From an uncultured Verrucomicrobiota bacterium (lineage in GTDB: Bacteria; Verrucomicrobiota; Kiritimatiellia; RZYC01): a stretch of 64,000 nt of DNA. Of this stretch, positions 17,821 to 27,068 are shown one piece after another. The first letter of the stretch is position 1; each line of letters begins with the position of its first letter. The DNA lies in contig CAZBEO010000005.1 of the NCBI GenBank assembly GCA_964490935.1, forward strand, positions 7,040 to 71,039, read 5' to 3'. A model generated the notes under the pieces. It was not told the origin of the DNA. It searched no databases and saw only the letters and a program-made list of their open reading frames with translations. The position numbers and the translations under genes are program-made.

Positions 17821-18225
17821 CCCGGATTGTTGTGTCGCGGAGATCATCGGGAGGCGGTTTTTCGTGACGACAAAGATTGTGCCGTGTTTATAGAAACGCT
17901 GGGGGAGGTCTGTGCACGAAGCGGATGGCGTATCCATGCCTATGTGCTGATGGGGAAACGGTTGCTGGAAATGCAGCATAGCCGAGAACCTTGGAAGGCG
18001 GATGAAGAATGGGACCTGATTCGACGTGGCTGGTGCGGAAAAATACCTGTGTACGGAATGGCTGGATCAAAGAGCGCTTGCGAATGGGAAGCAACCAACT
18101 TCTCCGATGGCATGCGCCGGATCGAGCAGGCAGGAAAAGGCGATTGGGGCTTTGCCGTGCAACACGGCCCATTTCTTTTAGGACTGACCCCATTTCCTTG
18201 CCATTTTCTGCGGGGAGTGGAGTAA
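17821..18225 (+). pseudogene. IS200-like / RAYT transposase remnant (HUH motif lost)
   Basis: LCRGDHREAVFRDDKDCAVFIETLGEVCARSGWRIHAYVLMG... follows the RAYT consensus up to HAYVLM, then diverges (no HxH). TTG start only. Confidence 0.55.
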
Positions 18226-18389
18226 GGATTCACCGTAAGTATTGAAATAGCGGGGACAAGTGGCGGGAGTGTTGACAGGTCTAATTTTTATAATCATAAT
18301 GCCCACCATTGGACTACACCGCCACATAATTTGGCGTTCAATCAGGGTTGCTTAGGGAGCGATGTGAGCATGTCTTGAGGAGGTATGTG

Positions 18390-20555
18390 ATGACAACGGA
18401 TGCCCGAAATCTGGTCGATGGTAAGTACAGTATCAGCGACCTTGTCGATATGGATCAGCTGCGTGATGTCTTTGAGAAATTTACACTGGCCACGGGATTT
18501 ACCATTGGGTTTCTGGATCATCCGGATCTGAATGTACTCATCGCAACGGGCTGGCGGGACATCTGTACGAAGTTTCACCGGGGATGTCCCGCTGCGGCTG
18601 AAGTTTGTACAAAGAGTAATGCACACCTGCTGGATCAATTGTCCACTCCACATCAATTGGAGATCGAACTGTGCGACCATGGGCTGGTCGACTGCGCAAC
18701 CCCCATCATCATCAAAGGGAAGCACATTGCAAGTTTGGCCACCGGCCAACTGCTGCTCGAAGAAGCGAACATCGGACGTTTTTGCAAGCAGGCCCAACGG
18801 TTTGGCTTCGACGAAAAGAAGTATCTGGAGGCGCTCGAAGGGGTGCCTGTTGTTTCGGAAGAACAACTGCGAAGTGTCACGGCGTTTCTAGGTACCTTGG
18901 CTCTCGTCATCACGGAACTGGGGTACGCTACGCTGAAAAGCAAGGAGGAGGCTGAGAGACTGGCCGCAGAGGTTGCAGAGCGCAAGCGGGTGGAAGTCGA
19001 GCTGCGAAGTTCAGAGCGAAAGTTCCGCCTGTTGCATGAGAGCATGAGAGACGCGTTTGTGAGTGTGGATATGGAGGGCCACTTTCTCGATTTCAACGGC
19101 GTCTACCAACATATGTTGGGGTATACAGAAGAGGAACTCAACGGCAAAACCTACACGGATCTGACACCTGAAAAATGGCACGGCGTTGAGATGAATCTTG
19201 TGAAAGAACAGGTCCTTTCGCGCGGATATTCCGATGTGTATGAAAAAGAATATTACCGTAAAGATGGAACGGTGTTCCCGGTTGAACTGCGCACCATGCT
19301 GATGCGGGATAGCGCTGGAGCCCCATCGGCCATGTGGTCCATCGTTCGTGATGTTACCGAACGAAAGCAGGCGGAAGAAGAACGCCTTAAGATGGAGTCC
19401 AAAATACGACATGTGCAAAAACTGGAGAGTTTGGGAGTTCTGGCTGGAGGCATCGCGCACGATTTTAACAATTTGCTGATGACGATTCTGGGGAATATTG
19501 AACTGGCCATGGAAGAGGCCTCATCGGCTGCGTCAAAACGGAACAACCTGCTGGAGGCAGAAAAGGCCGGACGTCGCGCAGCAGGCTTATGTAGAGAGAT
19601 GTTGGCGTATGCCGGGAAAGGCCGGTTTATTATCCGGCACATAAATATTCAGGAGCTGGTGGAGGAAATGATACATATCCTGAAGGTATCCATTTCCAAG
19701 AAGGCACAGCTTCGGTCAGACTTTGCTATGAATCTTCCGGCCATAGAGGCGGATGCCGAACAGATTCGGCAGGTCATCATGAATCTGATTATTAATGCTT
19801 CCGATGCGTTGGGGGATGGTGAGGGTGTCGTTAAAATTACCACGGGTGTGATGGAATGCCAGCGGGACTATTTTGCAGACAAGGGTTCCGATGAGCCACT
19901 GAGTGAGGGCACTTACGTGTATCTGGAAGTGTGTGATACCGGGTGCGGGATGGACGAAACGACGAAAGCCTGTATGTTTGACCCGTTTTTCACAACCAAA
20001 TTTACAGGGCGGGGGCTGGGCATGTCCGCCGTCATGGGTATTGTGCGAGGGCACAAGGGAGCCATCAAGGTGACCAGCAAACCGGGGAAAGGCACAACGA
20101 TCAGGCTTCTCTTCCCGGCGAGTTCCCAGCCGGCCGAGTCTCTTTGTGAGGCTGTAGATAAGGGCAGTTGGCGAGGAAGCGGAGCCATACTTCTGGTGGA
20201 TGATGAAGAAGGGGTGCGTGCAGTGGGCAAGCTTATGCTGGAACGCATGGGTTTTCATGTGGTGTTGGCCGAAGATGGTGCCGCGGCCATCGACCTACTC
20301 CGCAACATGCCACCGGAGGGCTACGAGAAATTTGCCTGCGTGATTCTTGATTTGACCATGCCCCATATGAACGGGGAGGAGACCTTCCAGGATATCCAGC
20401 GCCTACACATTGATGTTCCGGTTCTTGTTTCCAGCGGATACGACGAACAGCAGGTAATTCAGAAATTTGCAGGAACTGGCCTGGCGGGATTCATCCAGAA
20501 GCCCTATCGGATGAAGGAGCTGGCCACCAAATTGCGGAAGGTTCTAGAGTCCTGA
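18390..20555 (+). CDS. Hybrid sensor histidine kinase / response regulator with N-terminal PocR sensory domain and PAS domain
   Basis: PocR Cys pattern (TGFTIGFLDHPDL ... ICTKFHRGCPAAAEVCTKSN ... CDHGLVDCATPI). HisKA H-box GIAHDFNNLL. HATPase (DTGCGMD ... GRGLGMS). Receiver ILLVDDEEGVR ... VILDLTMP. AGGAGG RBS lies 7 nt upstream of ATG 18390. Confidence 0.85.
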   Translation: MTTDARNLVDGKYSISDLVDMDQLRDVFEKFTLATGFTIGFLDHPDLNVLIATGWRDICTKFHRGCPAAAEVCTKSNAHLLDQLSTPHQLEIELCDHGLVDCATPIIIKGKHIASLATGQLLLEEANIGRFCKQAQRFGFDEKKYLEALEGVPVVSEEQLRSVTAFLGTLALVITELGYATLKSKEEAERLAAEVAERKRVEVELRSSERKFRLLHESMRDAFVSVDMEGHFLDFNGVYQHMLGYTEEELNGKTYTDLTPEKWHGVEMNLVKEQVLSRGYSDVYEKEYYRKDGTVFPVELRTMLMRDSAGAPSAMWSIVRDVTERKQAEEERLKMESKIRHVQKLESLGVLAGGIAHDFNNLLMTILGNIELAMEEASSAASKRNNLLEAEKAGRRAAGLCREMLAYAGKGRFIIRHINIQELVEEMIHILKVSISKKAQLRSDFAMNLPAIEADAEQIRQVIMNLIINASDALGDGEGVVKITTGVMECQRDYFADKGSDEPLSEGTYVYLEVCDTGCGMDETTKACMFDPFFTTKFTGRGLGMSAVMGIVRGHKGAIKVTSKPGKGTTIRLLFPASSQPAESLCEAVDKGSWRGSGAILLVDDEEGVRAVGKLMLERMGFHVVLAEDGAAAIDLLRNMPPEGYEKFACVILDLTMPHMNGEETFQDIQRLHIDVPVLVSSGYDEQQVIQKFAGTGLAGFIQKPYRMKELATKLRKVLES

Positions 20556-20626
20556 AGAGCTTCTGGCGCTCACGCGGCGGCATGGGGGTGGATTTAGGCG
20601 GCGTAAACAGGTGGTGACATTCCGGC

Positions 20627-21655
20627 CTAGGGATGTTTGGGCAAGGCTTCACTCAACAAACCGCCAGCTTTGACTTGGTCATAATAGTCGGAAAAGGCCT
20701 GTATGGTGGAGGGGTTGTTAATCAGGACGCTGGTTTCGTTGCGGCGCTCGAGGGCATCATAGCCCCAGTTGGCCGATCCGATCACGACGGCGTCATCCAC
20801 CAGTACGACTTTGGCATGGGTGGTCTGTGTGACAGAATCATCAAAGACGGCTACGCCATGGGTCTGCAAATAATCTTTTGCGCCCTGGTTTACCTCGTTG
20901 AGCGTGTGATTGTAGTCGCTCAGGTCCATGAGCACCTCGACATCGACGCCCCGTTTTGCCGCAGCAATGAGCGCATCAAGCAATTGGTTGGTTTTGCATT
21001 CGGGATATTCCGGATAATATTTAATCCCGTACATGATGATCCGGATACGTTTGTGTGCGGCCTGAAACAAAGCGAGTAGTTCATCGAAATACTGCCGGTT
21101 AATGATGGTCTTGATCGAGCCGCTTTGGATTGCGGGCAGGAGCGGTTCTTCAACGCTGTCCTTCATCAGCGTATCGGCGTAGCGGCTGAAATATTCGGCG
21201 ATGAGCGGATCGTAGATCAGGACATTGCTTTCGTTGTTGTTGTCGATGGAATTGCCGGTCCAATTGGTTGAGCCAAGCAGCACTACTTTACCATCCACGA
21301 CGAGGAGTTTGCTGTGCAGCATTTTTTTCTTTGTGTCCAGCTCCACCGCGATGCCTAGGTCGTGCAGGTACGGCAAACTTTTCGCGTTGAACTCAATGTT
21401 GTTTTCAAGCAGGCCGCGCACCGTGACGCCGCGTTGTACCGCCTCCGCCAGGGCCTGCTGAATTTGTTTGATGGTGGGATCGTAATGATATTCCAGGGCT
21501 AAAAATTCCAGGCGGTTGGTGCTCGAATGAATCAATTTCAGCACGGCGGGCAAGTAGTCTTTGTTGTTTACCGGTTGAATGGTCTGCTCGGCACCTGCCG
21601 GAAGGTGCGCCACACAAATCATCAATAAAATACCCGTGAATAATCGTGCTTTCAT
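20627..21655 (-). CDS. Phospholipase D family protein (two HKD motifs), secreted
   Basis: HSKLLVVDGKVVLLGSTNWT and HAKVVLVDDAVVIGSANW are HxK(x)4D motifs. Signal peptide MKARLFTGILLMICVAHLPAGA. Start set at that Met. Confidence 0.8.
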   Translation of the reverse strand: MKARLFTGILLMICVAHLPAGAEQTIQPVNNKDYLPAVLKLIHSSTNRLEFLALEYHYDPTIKQIQQALAEAVQRGVTVRGLLENNIEFNAKSLPYLHDLGIAVELDTKKKMLHSKLLVVDGKVVLLGSTNWTGNSIDNNNESNVLIYDPLIAEYFSRYADTLMKDSVEEPLLPAIQSGSIKTIINRQYFDELLALFQAAHKRIRIIMYGIKYYPEYPECKTNQLLDALIAAAKRGVDVEVLMDLSDYNHTLNEVNQGAKDYLQTHGVAVFDDSVTQTTHAKVVLVDDAVVIGSANWGYDALERRNETSVLINNPSTIQAFSDYYDQVKAGGLLSEALPKHP

Positions 21656-21796
21656 AATCTTATTTCCCTTTCGTGTCAGGAGCACAGTGTACCAATGGCA
21701 GTGCCAAAAGTTTATCTGTTTGCATGATTCTGTACTGAAGTAGCCGTCCGCTCGCCGAGCGGTCGGGGGAGGAGGGGTGTCAAGCGGCAAAACTCC

Positions 21797-21817
21797 GTGG
21801 CGCTCGGAGAGCACCCC
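21797..21817. repeat. GC-rich palindromic element, copy 1 (CCGTGGCGCTCGGAGAGCACC)
   Basis: Perfect 21-nt reverse-complement match to 22651-22671. Each copy is itself a hairpin (GTGGYGCTC-TCC-GAGCGCCAC). Confidence 0.7.
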
Positions 21818-21978
21818 GCTACCAATACGCACATCCTGCACACGGCGTTCCGCGACTCCGCTCAAGCCGATTAGCCCAGAGCACATCCAATCAGTGGAAA
21901 CTTTCATAGCCCGTAAGCCGACTGCTCGTGTATAAGCAAATCCTACACAGAGATATGTTCTGTTAAAGGAGGGCTTTC

Positions 21979-22647
21979 ATGGAACTCGAATTGAACGCTA
22001 TCGAACTGCGCATTGTGGGCTGTCTGATGGAAAAGGAAATCACCACGCCCGATTATTATCCGCTGACGCTGAATCAACTGGTGGCCGCCTGCAATCAGAA
22101 ATCCAACCGTCATCCCGTGATGGAGCTGGATGAACGAACCATTGAACGGACCCTGGAGGACTTGCGGGAGGGGCATCATCTCGCCTGCCGCATCCACACC
22201 AGTGGAAGCCGTGTGCCAAAATACAATCACACTCTGGCCGATCAATGGACCTTCTCTCCCCAGGAATTCGCCATCCTGTGCGAGCTGTTTCTTCGCGGTC
22301 CTCAAACCGCCGGCGAATTGCGCACGCACGCTTCCCGCATTTGCCCGATGAACGATCTGAGCGAGGTGGAGCAGGCTCTTCAGGAGTTGTCCGTCCGCAC
22401 CGACGGCCCGTTTACAGCCATCCTGCCCCGGGAACCCGGCAAGCGGGAACAACGTTGGACTCATCTATTTTCAGGAACGGCGGTGCAGACCGTTTCCGCG
22501 CAGGAAAATGAAGGTGGGCAACCAATCCCTCAAGGCCCTGGACTGTGCGAACGCGTGGCCGCACTGGAAGGCGAAGTCGCCACTCTTCGCGAGACCCTGA
22601 ACCAGATTCAAAACGACTACGCTGAATTCAAAAGGCAGTTTTCTTAG
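21979..22647 (+). CDS. DUF480 family protein (YceH-like)
   Basis: L..LE.RIVGCLMEKEITTPDYYPLTLNQLVAACNQKSNR ... PREPGKREQRWTHLFSG aligns along its length with E. coli YceH. AAGGAGGG RBS upstream. Confidence 0.8.
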   Translation: MELELNAIELRIVGCLMEKEITTPDYYPLTLNQLVAACNQKSNRHPVMELDERTIERTLEDLREGHHLACRIHTSGSRVPKYNHTLADQWTFSPQEFAILCELFLRGPQTAGELRTHASRICPMNDLSEVEQALQELSVRTDGPFTAILPREPGKREQRWTHLFSGTAVQTVSAQENEGGQPIPQGPGLCERVAALEGEVATLRETLNQIQNDYAEFKRQFS

Positions 22648-22650
22648 AAT

Positions 22651-22671
22651 GGTCGCGTGGTGCTCTCCGAG
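22651..22671. repeat. GC-rich palindromic element, copy 2 (GGTGCTCTCCGAGCGCCACGG), hairpin then GGCTTTTGGGCTT
   Basis: Reverse complement of 21797-21817. Sits 4 nt after the DUF480 stop, so it could serve as a terminator. Confidence 0.7.
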
Positions 22672-22710
22672 CGCCACGGCTTTTGGGCTTCTTGAATTGC
22701 CGCGCCGGAT

Positions 22711-22735
22711 TTTCCAATGGTTGGAAAAAATAATT
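22711..22735. repeat. Single copy of AT-rich palindrome TTTTCCAATGGTTGGAAAAAA
   Basis: Same TTCCAAYGRTTGGAA core as the 4877-4991 array. Lies between convergent DUF480 and rmlB genes. Confidence 0.8.
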
Positions 22736-22764
22736 TCAGGGACTTGGCGGGGGTGATGTGGCGG

Positions 22765-23790
22765 TCAGGCTTTGGCGCGTTGGCCGTAGAGGTTTTCGTA
22801 GTAGGCGGTGTATTGTCCGCTGCGCACGTTTTCGAGCCAGTCGCGATGGGTGAGATACCAGTCGATGGTTTTCTGCATGGCTTGTTCAAAGGTATAGCGG
22901 GGGGCCCAGCCGAGTTCATTCTGGATTTTAACGGCGTCCATGGCGTAGCGCCGGTCGTGTCCAGGGCGATCCTGCACGAAGGTGATGAGGGATTCCGGTT
23001 TGCCCAGTTTGGCGAGTAGGGTTTTGACGAGTTCGAGGTTGGGTATGTCGTGCATGCTGCCGATGTTGTAGACTTCGCCGGATTTGCCCTGTCGCAGGAC
23101 GAGGTCAATGCCTCGGCAGTGGTCGTCGACGTAAATCCAGTCGCGCACGTGCATGCCATCGCCATAGACCGGCAGGGGCTTTTCTTCGAGGGCGTTGGCA
23201 ATCATCAGCGGGATGAGTTTTTCCGGGAATTGATAGGGTCCGAAGTTGTTGGAGCAGCGCGTGGTGACGGCGTCGAGTTTGTAGGAGCGTGCGGCGGCAC
23301 GCACCATGAAGTCGGCGGCGGCTTTGGTGGCGGAATAGGGATTGTTTGGCGCGAGGGGGGTGGTTTCGGTGAAGCTGCCTTCGGGTCCGAGGCTGCCGTA
23401 CACTTCGTCGGTGGAGACTTGCAGGAAGCGTCCGATTTTGAATGCACGGCAGGCATCGAGAAGGTGCTGGGTTCCGGCGATGTTGGTTTGGATGAAGGCG
23501 TCGGCACCGACGTGGAGACTGCGGTCAACATGGCTTTCGGCGGCAAAGTTGAGGATGGCATCGAGATCGGGATGCGCCTCGAAGGCGGCACGCACTTGGG
23601 CGGCATCGCGAATGTCCGCTTTGATGAAGGTATAGCGCGGATCGTTTTCGATGTCGGCCAGGTTTTCGAGATTGCCGGCATAGGTGAGGGCATCGAGGTT
23701 GACAATCTCGGTATCGGTGCGTTCCTGAAGGACCATCCGAATGTAGTTGCTGCCGATAAATCCAGCACCGCCGGTGACGAGTATTTTCAT
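22765..23790 (-). CDS. rfbB: dTDP-glucose 4,6-dehydratase
   Basis: MKILVTGGAGFIGSNY (Rossmann) and the YSATKAAAD catalytic Tyr/Lys motif. 341 aa, RmlB length. Confidence 0.9.
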   Translation of the reverse strand: MKILVTGGAGFIGSNYIRMVLQERTDTEIVNLDALTYAGNLENLADIENDPRYTFIKADIRDAAQVRAAFEAHPDLDAILNFAAESHVDRSLHVGADAFIQTNIAGTQHLLDACRAFKIGRFLQVSTDEVYGSLGPEGSFTETTPLAPNNPYSATKAAADFMVRAAARSYKLDAVTTRCSNNFGPYQFPEKLIPLMIANALEEKPLPVYGDGMHVRDWIYVDDHCRGIDLVLRQGKSGEVYNIGSMHDIPNLELVKTLLAKLGKPESLITFVQDRPGHDRRYAMDAVKIQNELGWAPRYTFEQAMQKTIDWYLTHRDWLENVRSGQYTAYYENLYGQRAKA

Positions 23791-26700
23791 GAGTTGGCGT
23801 CTTTCTTTTTGATGTCGCGGTGGTATTCCTGAAGGGACTTGACTTGGCCGCCACCGGTTCGGCTGGCGGCGATTCCCTTTGCAGAGGCTAAGGCGGCGGC
23901 GAGCGTGGTGATGTAGGGCACTTTATATTTAATGGCAGTCTTGCGAATGTAGGAATCGTCGTGCTGTCCTTTTTTTCCTATGGGCGTATTGATGACAAGC
24001 TGGATTTCGCCGTTCATGATGGCGTCCACGATGTTCGGGCGGCCTTCGTGCATTTTGCTGATGAGTTCGGCTTGGATGCCTTGCTGTTCAAAGAAGAGGC
24101 AGGTGCCCTCCGTGGCACGTATGCGGAAACCCATCTGTGCGAAGTCGCGCCCAATGCGCGCCACGGCGTCGCTTTTTTCGGATACGCTGATAAGGACGAC
24201 GCCCTCGGTGGGAAGGGGTGGACGGGCGGCTTCTTCGGCCTTGAAGAAGGCCATGCCGAAACTGTCGGCCATGCCCAGCACTTCGCCGGTGGATCGCATT
24301 TCAGGCCCGAGCAAGGGGTCGACTTCCGGAAACATGTTGAAGGGGAAGACGGCTTCTTTGACGCCGTAGTGCGGGATGTCGGCGTGTTGCAGTCCGAGTT
24401 CGGCGAGTGGGCATCCGGTCATGAGCTGGGTGGCGGCGCGTGCCATCGAGATGGCGCACACTTTGGAAACCAAGGGGACGGTGCGCGAGGCACGCGGGTT
24501 GGCCTCGAGAACATAGACCTGGTCGTCGGCAATGGCGTATTGCATGTTCATCAGTCCCACCACGTGCAGTTCCTCGGCAATGCGGCGGGTGTAGTCCTCG
24601 ATGGTTTTGAGGTGTTTTTCTTCGATGTTCACAGGCGGGATCACGCAGGCGGAATCGCCGGAGTGAATGCCGGCCTGCTCGATGTGTTCCATGATGGCTG
24701 GGACAAATACGTCGTGTCCATCGGAGAGGGCATCGGCTTCGCATTCGAGGGCGTCTTCCAGAAAGCGGTCGATCAGGATGGGGCGGTCCGGGGTGACTTC
24801 GACAGCGGTGTTCACATAGCGTTGCAGGTCGGCTTCGTCGTACACCACTTCCATGCCGCGTCCACCGAGGACAAAGGAGGGGCGCACCATCAGCGGGTAG
24901 CCGATGTTGGCGGCCACGGCCAGGGCTTCTTCCTGGTTGGTGGCCATGCCGGATTCGGGCATGGGGATGCCCATTTTATCCATCATTTTTCGGAAGAGAT
25001 CACGGTCCTCGGCGAGGGCGATGGTGGCGGGCGTGGTGCCCAGGATTCGGACGCCTTCTTGTGCGAGTTCTTCGGCGATGTTGAGCGGGGTCTGGCCGCC
25101 GAACTGTACAATGACGCCTTCCGGTTTTTCTTTGTGGTAGATGCTGAGTACGTCTTCCACGGTGAGGGGCTCGAAGTAGAGTTTGTCGGAGGTATCGTAG
25201 TCGGTGGATACGGTTTCGGGGTTGCAGTTAACCATGATGGTTTCATAGCCCTGTTCGCGGAGTGCGAGTGCGGCGTGTACGCAGCAGTAATCAAATTCGA
25301 TTCCCTGGCCGATGCGGTTGGGCCCGCCTCCGAGGATCATGATTTTGCGTCGGTCGCTGACGGCGACCTGGTCGGGGGCGTTGTAGGTGGAGTAATAGTA
25401 GGCGGCATCTTCCACGCCACTGACGGGCACCGGTGCCCATGCTTCGAGCAGGCCGAGGCCCAGACGTTTCGTGCGGATGCTTTTTTCCGACACGCCCAGA
25501 ATCCGGGCGAGATACTTATCGGAAAAGCCATCGAGTTTGGCGCGCCGGAGGAGTTCGTCAGGCAGGGTGGTGCCTTTGGTGGCGAGGACTTCTTCTTCGA
25601 GTTGCACGAGTTCGCGCATTTGTTCGATGAAGTAGTGTTTGATGTGGGTCAGGCGATGGAGTTCTTCGGTGTCGGCACCTTTGCGAATAGCTTCATACAT
25701 AATGAACTGCCGCTCGCTGGTGGCCTCGCGCAGCAGGTGCATCAGTTCGGGAAGCGTGCGCCGGTTGAAGTCTTTGGCGAAGCCGAGTCCATGGCGTCCG
25801 TTTTCCAGCGCACGGATGGCCTTCTGAAAGGCTTCTTTGTAATTTTTCCCGATGCTCATGACCTCACCCACAGCGCGCATCTGGGTGCCGAGTTTATCTT
25901 CCGAGCCTTTGAATTTTTCGAAGGCCCATCGAGCGAACTTGACCACCACGTAGTCGCCGGAGGGGGTATAGCTATCCAGGGTTCCGTCACGCCAGTACGG
26001 GATGTCCTTGAGAGTCAATCCGGCGGCGAGTTTGGCGGAGATCAGGGCAATCGGGAAGCCGGTGGCCTTGGAGGCCAGGGCCGAGGAACGCGAGGTGCGC
26101 GGATTGATTTCAATAATGACGACCCGATCAGTCTTTGGATCGTGCGCAAATTGTACGTTGGTGCCGCCGATGACCTGAATGGCTTCGACGATTCGGTAGG
26201 AGTAGTCCTGCAGGCGCTTCATGAGTTCGGGTTTGATGGTGAGCATGGGCGCGGTACAGAAGGAATCCCCGGTATGCACGCCCATGGCGTCCACGTTTTC
26301 AATGAAGCAGACCGTAATCATTTTGCCGATCGCGTCGCGCACGATTTCGAGTTCGAGTTCTTCCCACCCCAACACGGACTCCTCAATCAGCACCTGCCCC
26401 ACCATGCTGGCCGCAATGCCGCGGTTGACGATGACGCGCAGCTCTTCGAGATTGTAGACGAGGCCGCCGCCTGTTCCGCCCATGGTGTAGGCCGGGCGCA
26501 CGACCACGGGGTAGCCCAATTCAGAGGCGATGGCTTCGGCTTCGGCCACGGTATAGGCCGGCGCGCTTTTGGGCATATCGATGCCGAGGCGGTTCATGGT
26601 GTCTTTGAAGGCAATGCGGTCCTCGCCGCGCTCAATGGCGTCGACCTGTACGCCAATGACCTCGACCTTGTATTTTTCGAGTACCCCGGCCTTTGCCAGT

Positions 26701-27002
26701 TCGAGGCAGAGATTGAGCCCAGACTGTCCGCCCAGATTGGGCAGGAGGGCATCGGGGCGTTCTTTGGCAATGATTTGTTCCATGCGTTGCACATTGAGTG
26801 GCTCGATGTAGGTGGCGTCGGCCGTGCCGGGGTCGGTCATGATGGTGGCCGGGTTGGAGTTGACGAGTACAATTTCGTACCCCAGTTCGCGCAGCGCCTT
26901 GCAGGCCTGCGTACCGGAATAGTCAAACTCGCAGGCTTGACCGATAATGATGGGACCCGATCCGATGATCATTACTTTTTTGATGTCGTTTCGTTTAGGC
27001 AT
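23787..27002 (-). CDS. carB: Carbamoyl-phosphate synthase large subunit
   Basis: 1071 aa. MPKRNDIKKVMIIGSGPIIIGQACEFDYSGTQAC N-terminus and duplicated ATP-grasp halves. 4-nt overlap with rfbB. Confidence 0.95.
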   Translation of the reverse strand: MPKRNDIKKVMIIGSGPIIIGQACEFDYSGTQACKALRELGYEIVLVNSNPATIMTDPGTADATYIEPLNVQRMEQIIAKERPDALLPNLGGQSGLNLCLELAKAGVLEKYKVEVIGVQVDAIERGEDRIAFKDTMNRLGIDMPKSAPAYTVAEAEAIASELGYPVVVRPAYTMGGTGGGLVYNLEELRVIVNRGIAASMVGQVLIEESVLGWEELELEIVRDAIGKMITVCFIENVDAMGVHTGDSFCTAPMLTIKPELMKRLQDYSYRIVEAIQVIGGTNVQFAHDPKTDRVVIIEINPRTSRSSALASKATGFPIALISAKLAAGLTLKDIPYWRDGTLDSYTPSGDYVVVKFARWAFEKFKGSEDKLGTQMRAVGEVMSIGKNYKEAFQKAIRALENGRHGLGFAKDFNRRTLPELMHLLREATSERQFIMYEAIRKGADTEELHRLTHIKHYFIEQMRELVQLEEEVLATKGTTLPDELLRRAKLDGFSDKYLARILGVSEKSIRTKRLGLGLLEAWAPVPVSGVEDAAYYYSTYNAPDQVAVSDRRKIMILGGGPNRIGQGIEFDYCCVHAALALREQGYETIMVNCNPETVSTDYDTSDKLYFEPLTVEDVLSIYHKEKPEGVIVQFGGQTPLNIAEELAQEGVRILGTTPATIALAEDRDLFRKMMDKMGIPMPESGMATNQEEALAVAANIGYPLMVRPSFVLGGRGMEVVYDEADLQRYVNTAVEVTPDRPILIDRFLEDALECEADALSDGHDVFVPAIMEHIEQAGIHSGDSACVIPPVNIEEKHLKTIEDYTRRIAEELHVVGLMNMQYAIADDQVYVLEANPRASRTVPLVSKVCAISMARAATQLMTGCPLAELGLQHADIPHYGVKEAVFPFNMFPEVDPLLGPEMRSTGEVLGMADSFGMAFFKAEEAARPPLPTEGVVLISVSEKSDAVARIGRDFAQMGFRIRATEGTCLFFEQQGIQAELISKMHEGRPNIVDAIMNGEIQLVINTPIGKKGQHDDSYIRKTAIKYKVPYITTLAAALASAKGIAASRTGGGQVKSLQEYHRDIKKKDANS

Positions 27003-27068
27003 GGGGCGTTCTCCGGGGTTGTTCAGGGCCGGATGGCCGGGGCGTGATGGTTTTGTTTTTATGAAGGT

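Noticed and set aside
17827-18225. Intact IS200-family transposase
   Set aside because: Only a TTG start. The catalytic HUH (HxH) motif after HAYVLM is replaced by GKRLLEMQH, and the C-terminal Tyr region is not recognisable, so it is called a remnant.
22644-23854. Several 100-340-aa ORFs on both strands (22644-23201, 23050-23832, 23205-23768, 23525-23854)
   Set aside because: They overlap rfbB (clear dTDP-glucose 4,6-dehydratase) in alternative frames and have low-complexity Pro/Ser/Thr/Ala composition, so they are treated as spurious.
23961-27047. 1028-aa plus-strand ORF
   Set aside because: Entirely antisense to carB, which has unmistakable CPSase motifs. It is a Gly/Ala/Val/Asp-rich antisense artefact typical of high-GC DNA.
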